Origin: Psammoneis japonica
Lineage: Eukaryota
Direction of reading: 5' to 3'
Length of the DNA stretch: 53,055 bases
NCBI GenBank assembly: GCA_008632985.1
Contig: QPGO01000238.1
Location: forward strand, 62,001 to 115,055
The notes beneath the pieces are model-generated. The model saw only the letters and a program-made list of their open reading frames with translations, had not been told where the DNA came from and ran no database searches. This document shows, one piece after another, positions 40,213 to 50,619 of this stretch. Position numbers and translations under genes: made by a program. Positions within the stretch are counted from its first letter, which is position 1. Every line of letters begins with the position of its first letter.

Positions 40213-41261
40213 CTGTGATTGGCAAGGACCCAAAGTGCTGCCAACTGGTGCCAGCTGTGCATGCGTTGCATCTAGCTAGCGGCTCCACTCTCTACTGCAA
40301 GAACATCTCCTCAGGTGCCATCAAGGAATGCGTCCACGACGTGTCAACGTTCGTGTCTCTGTTTGGTTCCACGCATCGGGACGTCCGTAAAGACAACAGC
40401 GTGGACACCAAGATGGGGTGGATCCTCAGGAGAGCATTTGATGAACTCCAACGGTGCGAGAAAGTCCTGGAACGGCGCGAGTCATGCACGTTGCTGATGC
40501 AGCAACGAGCGACGTTGACAGCAGACAGCATGCGAGAAACCGACCCGGACGCGATCGAGGTGGTCCTCGCTGACTGGTTTGAGATTGGGCCAATGGCCGG
40601 CTTGCGAAGCATCGAATGGGCTCAATCCAATGAGCACTCAGACCTGGAGAACCCAAGGCTGAACATCTTCGAGGAGACCTGCGTGTTCTGCCTCGACGAC
40701 ATCCGCTGCGAGACAAAAGACAAGCACCGACACACCGGAGCGGATTGTCTCATCCCCAAGCAAGAGGATGTCGAAAGCATGTGCGTCATGTTCCGAGCTC
40801 AGAAGAACATGCACAATGGCGAGGAACGCCAGTTTGCTGTGAATCTTGATGGCAAGCACGACTTGGCAAAGCAGATGCTTCGCGTCATCCGATGTTTCGT
40901 GCAGGTCCGTGGCAAGGACGACAAGATCTGCCCCCTTGCTGTCTACTTCGATCCAAAGGAGGACAAGTGCCATCTCGTCACGTCCAAGAAAATCGAGACC
41001 CACATGTGCCGAATTGCCGCGGAAGTTTGCCACCTCGACCCGGTGAAAGATGAGAAAGCTCTCAGCAAATGGTCGGCTCACTCCCTCCGTGTTGGAGCCT
41101 GCAATGTCCTTCACGAGATGAATTTTAGTGGCGAGCAGATTAAATGGCTGCTCAGATGGCGATCTGATGCCTTTGTGGCTTGTCTCTGCAACTGCCTGGG
41201 TCTTTCCCAGGCCCATTGTCGAGCTCTCGATAAGGCGGCACCCATGCCGTTTTTCGATTAA
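40209..41261 (+). pseudogene. Tyrosine recombinase of the retroelement; catalytic Tyr replaced by Cys
   Basis: GLRSIE (catalytic R), FRAQKN (K), HSLRVGA (HxxR), LRWRSDAFVACL where Y is expected at C (TGT, 41181-41183). ATG at 40209 overlaps the RT stop (ATGA). Confidence 0.92.
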
Positions 41262-41529
41262 TCCATTTGTGCGGATTCAATGTGTCCCCTTTGTGTGTGT
41301 CCTCTCTGCGTGACATAAAATCGCACACTGTTGTCCTGTTGCACCCGAAATTTCAATTTTGAAATTCGAAATTTGATCCTGGCAACGGGACTGTACACAT
41401 GCATTCAGGAGGAACATTCGTCCCTCCATCGTGTCTGAAGAAAATGGATTTTTTTTTTCCGGTTGGCTCTGCCTCCGATGACATGGGCGCGTTCGCAATG
41501 CTTTCAGCATTCCGCATCGGCAGCATGGT

Positions 41530-42209
41530 CTGTGCACAGTGAAAAAGGGAACCAATTGCTTGGCACTGGCGATTCCAAGCCCAGTCCCACATCCTAATTG
41601 CTTCACCCACTGGCGACTATTTTCATCGTGGCAACAACATGAGTCTACACACGGATGTGAGCACTGCGCATGTTGTGGACGACACCAATGTGTTGCATCG
41701 ACAGACAAGAGACGCTTCCACTGTGCCATGTCATCGGAGTGCAGACACGGATTCTCGCAGCCAAGACTCTGAGCCAAGCAAGGAGAGGACCTCCTTGACT
41801 GGACCGAGAGTCACCGCGCGAATGTAGGAGCGAAATGGGTTGAAGGACGGACGACGGACGAGACGAGCGGAAACGAGGCCAGCCCAAGGGATCCCCTCAT
41901 TGTCTGGCAGGATGGGAGACACCATGGCACTGTCGGAGGCGTCTCCCAGGAGATGCCAACGATGAAAATCAAAAACCCACCACTCCCTCCCCTGTGCACA
42001 GTGAAAAAGGGAACCAATTGCTTGGCACTGGCAACTCCAAGCCTGGTCCCATGTCCCAATTGCTTCACCCACTAGCGACCATTTTCATCGTGGCAACAAC
42101 ATGAGTCCACACACGGACATGAGTGCCACGTACATTGTGGACGACACCAATGTGTTGCATCGACAGACAAGAGACGCTTCCACTGTGCCATGTCATCGGA
42201 GTGCAGACA
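41530..42209 (+). repeat. 3' repeat block B1 (41530-41747), A2 (41755-41970), B2 (41992-42209)
   Basis: Direct alignment of B1 with B2 and of A2 with A1. Confidence 0.95.
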
Positions 42210-43413
42210 GCCGAGGCGGAGGCAGGGAATCCGTGGGATTCCACCATGATGACACCACCAACCAACCCAGAAACTGCAACCTGAGGGCATTGGGGGTCTT
42301 TGGGGGTCCCCAGGTGACACTTTGGGGACTGTGGTTGAGCATTGCAAGGCTGTCCTGGCTTGTGCAGTTGTCGCCCAGTCACGTCATCTCACAAAGGAAG
42401 AGACTTGAATCCCAGCTCAGCAGCAAAAGCAGGTGACACTTTAAGAGCCATGGGCAAAGAGCATTGCAAAGTGCCCCTCTTGAACAGCTGCAGCCCTCAG
42501 CCACTTTTTCCCGCAAAGGATGAGACTTGAACATCCCAACTCCACAGAGTGAAAGGACACCGTGATGGGGCGACCAACCAACTCAACAACTGCAGCCTGA
42601 AGGCATTGGGCTGAGCATGAAAAAAGTGAAGTCTGCAGATTTTTGAGAGAAAAGGCTCTCCCAACACAGAGATTCCAGCCACCCCCGCCACTGCACCACA
42701 CTTTGCACTGATTTGTGTTCCAGTTCCTGTCAATCCATTCTGCTGGACAGCCAGATCTCACACAAAAATTGTGCCACTGAGCACGGGTGTGATTTCCATC
42801 ATCTTTCCCAAAACAAACTTGCTGGGAGTGTTGTGGTTCCAGCCTTTGTTCTGTCTTGAGTTGGGACCAAGATGGAAGGCGGGAAATGGGGGGCAAGCCG
42901 TCCTTTCTTCACGCGACATTGCCGTTTTCTACTTTTACAGCAGCGCAACAAAAAATCCGACCGCCGTTCACCACAAACAGATCCGACAGCCTCACACAAG
43001 AGGTCTGTTGCCCCTGCATACTGACCGCTGTTTAAATGTTTTCGCATCATTGCTTTTACCGGTACACAATGTCTCACATCTGTTATGAGGCGTTTTGTGC
43101 GCGGCCGTCAAGGCTCCGCATCTCAATCTGTTGCGACACGGCATCACGCCCATGAGGCATCTGAATGACTCCAGCTCTTGAATTTTTGTTTGAAGACGCG
43201 ACCAATCGCGCTAATACATCTAATGCTCTATCCGCGATGCTTTCAATCATGGATCGAGCGAACGATCGACACTCGACGAGCGGCGAATCAATTCAAGCAC
43301 GAACGATCCGAGCTGTTGCACAACACGCTTCTCACTCTGAACAAGACACATGCACGAATGAGTGACAGCTGAACGTCAGTGCGCTGCTCAATCCTAACAA
43401 CACCAAAGCAGCC

Positions 43414-45671
43414 ATGAGTCGTTCGAGCAAGACCCACCAGCCGAAAGCGAACAAAGGCAGGCATAGTGCTAGAACAAGGCAAGAATCAGAAGATCAAAAG
43501 CAAGAGGAACAGACGGAAGAAGTAGATATGACGGCCAATCATGGTTCTCTTAGAACGCAGAAACGCCGCAAGCATCATCGCGAACACTGTCGTGCCCAAC
43601 GTCATCGTCGAGAGCAAGCGCAACAGCAAGAAGAAGAAAGGGAAGTAGAGGGCGAGGATCATCTGCGAGAACACGGGCAACAGGAAGCTCAACCAGACAA
43701 TCCAGGAATCGCCCCTGGTGCTTTTCACGTAAACCGAAATGGGCAGGTCCGACGCAGTAGAGGAGCCGCAGGTGCCACCACCACTCCGTCGGACTCGGAC
43801 TCGAACTCGGACTCAGTTCATTTGGATCCCATGCCTCCTCCACCCACTCACAATGAAGCACCTGGTGTTCTTCTGGAGGCTGAACTCGCCGATGACGTGG
43901 GTATTTTGAGGGAAGAAAATGATCGTCTTCGACAAGAGCTCCATCACCGTCCTGTTGCCCATGCTGAGATTGCTCCCCATGTTGTGGTGGCTAATGCGGA
44001 AGGTGGCGATGAGTATGATGAGTTGAAGAAACGTCGACGCAATCTTTTTATTACTTTGGGAGTGGCAATTGGTGTTTTGGGTCTTATTGCTGCTCTTGCA
44101 GTCACACTGTCGCGCCGCAACAACAACAGCAAGGAGGATCGAATCCCAGAACAACCATCTCTGGCACCAGCAAGCACGTCTCCGTCGCTTTCAACGGTAA
44201 AGCCTACGCCGTCAGAGGGCCCTGCCGTGCCTCCTACAGCAAAAAGTCCAACACCGTCACCAGCAGTAGACCCTGCGTCACCCCTTCAAGTAATCCCACG
44301 ACAAGCGAAGCTGCCTCGACGACTCATCCGACGAGCCATCCTACGCAGTCATCAACAGAGGAGTCTACGTTGCCTTCTTCACTTAATCCCAGCGAAAGTT
44401 CAACACAATCTCCCACTACATTTTCCGCTGAACCACCAACAGAAATCAATTCGTTTACTCCTTCGACAAGTGGACCAACGAGAATCTCAACACCACTTCC
44501 AACAAGCGATCTGCCCACAATGTCGCCAACAGAAAGCCCAGTCTCGACTGCCTCCTACAACCCCACTCTACCTCCCGTGACAGATCGTCCTACACAGATT
44601 CCGACAATGGGGCCTACGCCAACACCTTCAGGAAAGCCTTCGGCGCCTCCAACAAGGTTGTCCACGCCAACACCTTCAGAAAAGCCTACGCCGCCTCCAA
44701 CAAGGTTGCCTACGCCAACACCTTCAGAAAAGCCTACAGCCCCCCCAACGAAACTTCCAACGTCGCTTCCCGATTCTCAGGTCTCAGCGACCGGTCTTCT
44801 GGTACTGTTGTATTCGTGGCCAACCATTGCTCTCGATGACTCTACTGGAGAGTACCAATGCATCAGTGAGCACTGGAAAACAGTTGCAACCAGTGTTGCG
44901 GCCGACAGGACAATTGCGGTCGTTAATCCAAACAATGGACCGCAACATGGTGGCGACACATGGAAGAAGCTCTCCTATGATACTTGTATTGCTTACATCA
45001 AGAAGAACAATGTCGAAGTCAGCGGGTACGTCCACACAAAACTGGGCTACCCCGACGAACTTTACGCCTACCGCGACATTAACGAAGTAAAGGCTGACAT
45101 TGACATGTGGTCCAACGAGTACAACGTTGATGGAATATTCATTGACGAAGTCAGCAATAGATGGCTTGCAAGTTGGGATTCATTGGAAAAAGTCATCTCT
45201 TTCAACCATGACATTGTAGATTATGTTTTGAACGACAAACTCTATGGCCGAGCTATTCTCGACCCTGGTTCTCCGTACTTTGAAGACATTATGAAGCCTT
45301 TTTATGGAAATACGAAAGTCATTGCGGTTTTATTTGAGGGCAAACAGTGGGGCTATCAGCGCGAAAATTGCATTTCGGGGCTGTGGACGCAAGCGCAAGG
45401 ATCGTTTACTCCCGGTCCGTGGTGCAATTCAGTGCCAAACCTTGACGGAATAGAACCTCTCAAGGCAGCAATCGACAATGGTTGGATCCTACCCGAACAG
45501 TCTGCTGTTCTTATCTACGGTGCTGAATCTACTGCTGCAGCCACGGAAACTTCAATTGACGTGGGCGTGGCAGCTAATGTGGGGTGGTTTTATATTGTCG
45601 ACAACGAGGACGAGTGGTCGGCAATGCCGTCAGATCTTGTGATGGCCACGCAAGCGGCCAAAGTACTCTGA
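43414..45671 (+). CDS. Type II membrane protein with Pro/Thr mucin-like stalk and C-terminal Spherulation-specific family 4 (GH135-like) domain; frameshift near 44283
   Basis: TM segment LFITLGVAIGVLGLIAALAVTL; PTPTPSEKPT repeats; Spherulin-4 motifs LLYSWP, IAVVNPNNGP, GYVHT and DGIFIDE; frames switch at the cccc run 44281-44284. Confidence 0.8.
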
Positions 45672-45850
45672 GCACGACGACGACTGTCTTCTCTACTTGC
45701 AGTCTTTGAGTTGTCAAGTCCATAGTTCACGTCAATTGCCCAAGCACAAGTCTACGACTGGAATGCCACAGATGGGCTAGTGTTGTTTCTGTCTCCAACG
45801 TCAAAAAGAAGGCACCAGCAGGTCGATACGGTATTAGCTTCTGGGTGTAA

Positions 45851-46078
45851 TTTAGATTCATTTTCTATGCAGTCACACCTCAGGCATGTTATCCGAATGG
45901 CTATTGGAATTGGGTATGAAAATCGGATTTCCCGCATTGCGGTTAAACATGCTTTATCATTAGCAAAAGGTGCGGTGTCATTTAGATTCATTCTATATGC
46001 AATCACACAGTAGGCATGCTATCCGAATGACTACTTGAATTTAGTATGACAATCGGACTTCCCGCATTGCGGTTACAG
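45851..46078. repeat. Tandem duplication, 130-bp period
   Basis: tttagattca...cccgcattgcggtta at 45851-45945 and 45981-46075. Confidence 0.88.
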
Positions 46079-46740
46079 CAAAAGGAGCGCAAGGAGCTGC
46101 ATTGTGATTTGAAATGGGTTTCAAAGACGAAAGCTAAGCACCATTCTGTAGCGCGTGAGAAACCAGTTACAACAGCTAAAACCGTGCAATGACTGCTCCT
46201 GTGCATTATATACTTTACCATTCACTTATCTCTGTCCGAAGTCCCTGGCGAATGCCCGAGATGACAATAATTAGAAAGATTACTCGTCGCAGAATCCTCG
46301 CAGCCCTAACTGCTCAAAAAGGCCGGCTGGATCGCCGACGAACAATAAGCATTGCCGTACAGTACCATAAGAAGAGGATAAGAATGCCCCTCGTCATCTG
46401 ATGACTAATAAAGATCGTCGCCCTCGTAGGAATAGCACAGATCACGGTCCTTGTCAAAAGCAAGCCGCTTGCCAAGGCGGCTTTCCAGTCAGGACTCAAT
46501 TTGTGAACAGCATTTCCATTGGCCACACCCATAACTTTCTGGTTGGCCGCATCCGTACCCTTTCATGTTGAAATCGCCGTTGAGTACATTATTGCGATAA
46601 TTCGAAAAGACGCAAGCCATCCAGGAGCAGATCGTCTTTGCAAGTACCACTATTCCAGTAGTCTCTCGGGCTTAGTTCAGGCACAATCAGTGGCTAAGCA
46701 CTCGATTCGTCAACGACAAGCTCCACCCAAGCATACGATG

Positions 46741-47923
46741 CTAACGTACGGCTCGATTATGAACAAGCCAGTCATCCACCGCCGCAACCGTGGCTTCTAC
46801 TATATCGAGGTGCTTTTGTTGCTGTGACCCAATCAGGGCAACAATCTTGTCCACCCGCTCAATATTGCATGCGCCGTCCTTGAGGGCTCTTGCAGCCGAT
46901 GACGGACTTTGCAGTGCTTGTGCTGCCTTTGCATATTTTTCAAATGCAACAAAGTCACTTGCTTCACCACCGAGACCCATACAAACATCGACAACCCCAT
47001 TCGTACACTTTGCGGCTCGGTCTCGATGTCACTGCATACAGCGTCCTTGATGGAAAGCATGTCTTTACCGACCGGCTGGATACATCTATAATTTCCCGTC
47101 ATGAGCATGGACCACTTGGCGAGAGGTACAAAGACAGAGTCGTAAACACGTAGTTTCACAGGTACTTGTTGTTGCTGCTGTCCGAATCGAGCAGATTCAA
47201 TGCCACGTTCCAGATCCTTCAAGATTGCGTGTGTTGTGGCAAAGCAAAACCTGATGCCTTGAAATTGGTGGCAAGTCGAACTTGCAACACATTGTTCTTT
47301 TCATCTGGAGGCCGAAATGCTTGTGGATCAGGACTGTTAAAAAAATTAGCGAGTAGTATCATGCATGTAAGCTTTGTCTCTGTTATAAAACAAGGCAACT
47401 CTCCACAGACACGAGACATCTTACCTGCACTGCGTCAGGACGGAGGATCAAAATCGTCCCACAATTCAGCTTCGGCAAAGCATGATCGGAGTTCTTCGCC
47501 AGACACGTCCAAGTTGGGAATTCTCTTGAGATACGGCAAAAGAGGCATGTTGGTGACAGCCATGGTTGGTTTGCGGCTCTTGGCGATCGCTTGTACCAAC
47601 TCTCGAACGCCCGGAGCGCTGTACTGAGGCTCTTGCATGGCCAGTACCACCAAATCAAACTCCTTCACCGACACATTTTCGGGAGCTTGGGCCTGCAGTG
47701 TTCCAGTCAAGTCGTTTGAATGTAGTACAATCACCTCGCCCGAGCGTGTAGGAATGCGTACGACCGACCCTTCGGTGTTGAAGAGCGCCGCTGTGGCCTC
47801 TCGGCATACCAACGTAACGTTGTGACCGGCAAGAAGAATCTTTGTGGCCAAGAGGGATCCATAGGAAGCACCGAGAATCAACACATTGTACTTGACATCA
47901 TCGCTGGCACTGTTGGTCGCCAT
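46741..47923 (-). CDS. Ketopantoate-reductase (PanE/ApbA)-fold NAD(P)-dependent oxidoreductase, bacterial type; four apparent single-base frameshifts
   Basis: Rossmann N-terminus NVLILGASYGSLLATKILLAGHNVTLVC, DLVVLAMQEPQY; later SPDPQAFRPP, VPLAKWSMLMTGNYRC, FEKYAKAA, IERVDK. Intron 47424-47334. Frame breaks near 47443, 47228, 47019 and 46996. Confidence 0.75.
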
Positions 47924-48334
47924 GGTAGTGTCTCTCCAGCTCTATAGTTCTTGGAGGTGATGCTGTGCTGTGCTTTTCTCTTGCAGGCAGCGCTTGCAGC
48001 TTGCAGCCGCTTCCTTCGTTTTCTCACTCTAGAGTTACAAGCAAGTCCCACTAACTTTCTCATTCCACCTGCAATTGACATTCCTTTTTTGTCACTTTTT
48101 TCGCTCAGGATCGTACGTACGAATAGAATCTTCAACTTGGGTATCTTTTCCGAAATCTTCAACCCAATCGCGCGATGGGTGACAGCGATGATGCATGTGT
48201 GATGATTCATCGGCAATCATGACATAGCCCTACCGGTATCGCGATAACTTCACTTGAAACTTGAAACCATTTCACACTCTGCTGCTTCAATCAAGTTTGT
48301 GCTTGCCAATTTTAGTATTACTTGAAACAACACC
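47924..48334. promoter_or_regulatory. Putative bidirectional promoter
   Basis: 411 bp between two divergent ATGs; inferred from gene layout only. Confidence 0.5.
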
Positions 48335-50057
48335 ATGGCGGAAGCTGGCCCTGACGTTCCTACTTATCAATATCTCACCGGCGTGAATACATTGCGACAA
48401 CTCCCCAATATTTCTCATTCAACGTCGGCGGCAGCAATTTGCATTCCGCACGAGAACGACAAATCCGCCATTGAGATTTCCTATCAGCAGCTTCACGATT
48501 TGATCGAGTCTACCGCAACAAGTCTAGTTGAAAAATGTGGCGTACAAAAAGGGGATATTTGTTCCATTGTCATGCCAAACTGCGTGCCATTTGTTCTGGC
48601 CTTTCTTGCCGTGCCATGGACCCGATGCGTTTCGGCCCCACTCAACCAAAACTACACCGAGTCCGAGTACAAGTTTTACATGGAGGACAACAAATCGAAG
48701 CTGCTCTTGGTTCCTTCAGAGGGTATTCCTGCTGCCGAGGCGGCGGCAGCCACGTTGGGAATTGCCGTCTATTCTGTAGATTGGAGCCAGTCTGAGCCTG
48801 AACCTAGTGTTGTGGTGAAGCACAAGTCGGGGCAACCCGAGTGGATGGTCTGAGGAAAGTTCCACGGTGGACAAGAAACAAAAACTTACCTTCGATCCCG
48901 AGCCTTCAGATATTGCTCTTTTTCTGCATACATCTGGCACTACTGCAAAACCCAAAGTGAGTGATCGGCCTGTCTCATGTTTCAAGATGTGACCCGTAAT
49001 CAAACATCGTTTCTAACAATCCCATGGTGCATACGTGTAACAAAAGGGAGTTCCATTGTCACACGCCAATTTGATTGCCAGCATGAACAATATTTCTCGG
49101 ACGTATAGCTTGGTCCCGTCCGATGCAGTGTTGTTGGTCATGCCTCTCTTTCACGTTCATGGCCTCATGTCGGCCTTGCTGTCGACACTGGCCACGGGCG
49201 GAACGGTCATTCTTCCGCCGCAAATCAAGTTTAGCGCTACAAAGTTTTGGCACAATGCGTCCGTGGGAAAGGCGACTTGGACCACGTGCGTACCCACCAT
49301 TTATCAGGTGCTACTGCTGAGGTACAGCCAAGATTACCCGTCGGAAGGAGCTCCAAACTTTCGTTTTGTTCGAAGCTGTAGTTCTGCCTTGGCGCCGTCG
49401 ATTCTCAAGGAAATTGAAGAGAAATTCCATGCTCCCTGTGTTGAGGCATATGCCATGACGGAAGCAAGTCACCAAATGTGTTCCAACCCAATTGATGGAG
49501 AGCGCAAGCCTGGTACTGTCGGGAAAGGCACGGGCGTGGCGGTTGCCATTTTGGATCCGGAAAACAATGTTGTTGCTACACCTGATACCGAGGGTGAAGT
49601 GTGTATTCGAGGAAAGAACGTGACTAGTGGTTATATTGGAGTCAGCGATGAAGTCAACAAGGAAGCCTTTGCCGGCGGGTGGTTCCACACTGGGGATCAA
49701 GGTAAGCTCGACAAGGACGGATACTTGACACTGACGGGTCGAATCAAGGAACTGATAAATCGGGGAGGAGAAAAGATTAGTCCCTTGGAGGTGGATGCTG
49801 CCATGCTTGCGCATCCGTCGGTGGCCGAGGCTGTCTCATTCTCCATGCCTCACGAAAAGTATGGCGAGGTAGTTGCAGCGGCAATTGTGCTAAAGGAGGG
49901 AGGCGAGCTAACCGAAAAGGGTTTACAAGAGTTTCTAGTAGACAAGATTTCTTCCTTCAAGATTCCAACCAAGGTGTTCTTTGACAATAAGTTACCAAAG
50001 ACCGCCACGGGAAAGATTCAGAGGCGAATAGTCGCAGCGCATTTCCTCAAAGATTAG
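48335..50057 (+). CDS. AAE3: Oxalate-CoA ligase-like acyl-activating enzyme (AAE3/PCS60 family); frameshift near 48837
   Basis: LFLHTSGTTAKPK|GVPLSH, VMPLFHVHGL, RFVRSCSSAL, EAYAMTEASHQM, FHTGDQG, KELINRGGEKISP and LPKTATGKIQRR are motifs typical of the AAE3/PCS60 clade; intron 48957-49046. Confidence 0.88.
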
Positions 50058-50277
50058 GTGCATTACATCAATATGTGGCTGGTTTATTGACATTTTGCTA
50101 ATGAAATAATAATAAGCTTCGTTTTCGTGTTTAGCATAAGCGGCTACCTGGTAGGGTACCTGAAGCACATCCGGCATCAATAAACACTGTAGCGTGGCGA
50201 GTGGTAAACGTCGATTCACTACCGGTATGCTCCTAAATTTACAGCGGCACTCTAGGAATTTATGCCTGTCGTGGCAA

Positions 50278-50538
50278 CGACGTGACAGAGCAGTCTCGAG
50301 ACTTCTAATAGCTTTGTCAATGTCTTTTCTGATTGAATGCATAGCACCTCTATGCTTTCCTTCATACCCGAACAATCTTCAAGATTGATTCTTAGCTCTC
50401 TCACTCATAGCGACGTGACAAAGCAGTCTCGAAACTTCTAATAGCTTTGTCAATGTCTTTTCTGATTGAATGCATAGCCCCTCTATGCTTTCCTTTTATA
50501 CCTGAACAATCTTCGAGATTGATTCATAGCTCTCTCAC
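50278..50538. repeat. Tandem duplication, about 133-bp period
   Basis: 50278-50404 and 50411-50538 are near-identical. Confidence 0.92.
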
Positions 50539-50619
50539 CCGTACCTATGTTGCATGTTTGTTGACTTCTACCCGCTTTTTGGAACACAAAAAAAGTCTTC
50601 TCTTTCGTGCAAAGATAGC

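Larger units (their letters stand above)
33817..42209 (+). mobile_element. Tyrosine-recombinase retrotransposon (DIRS order, Ngaro/PAT-type split direct repeats A1-ORFs-B1-A2-B2)
   Basis: A1 33817-34032 matches A2 41755-41970 (216 bp); B1 41530-41747 matches B2 41992-42209 (218 bp); gag-like, RT-RNase H and YR ORFs lie in order between A1 and B1. Confidence 0.95.

Noticed and set aside
33817..41970. Calling A1/A2 the LTRs of a Gypsy or Copia element
   Set aside because: No DDE integrase or aspartic protease motif is visible; the YR and B1/B2 repeats indicate the DIRS order.
33817..42209. Explaining TG/CA excess by classical RIP or CpG deamination alone
   Set aside because: RIP increases TpA, CpG is still abundant inside this element, and conserved Tyr codons require ancestral TA.
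31342..43086. Weak inverted similarity between 31342-31365 and 43063-43086 as TIRs of an element hosting the retrotransposon
   Set aside because: Only about 17 of 23 bases match, with a gap; too weak without other copies.
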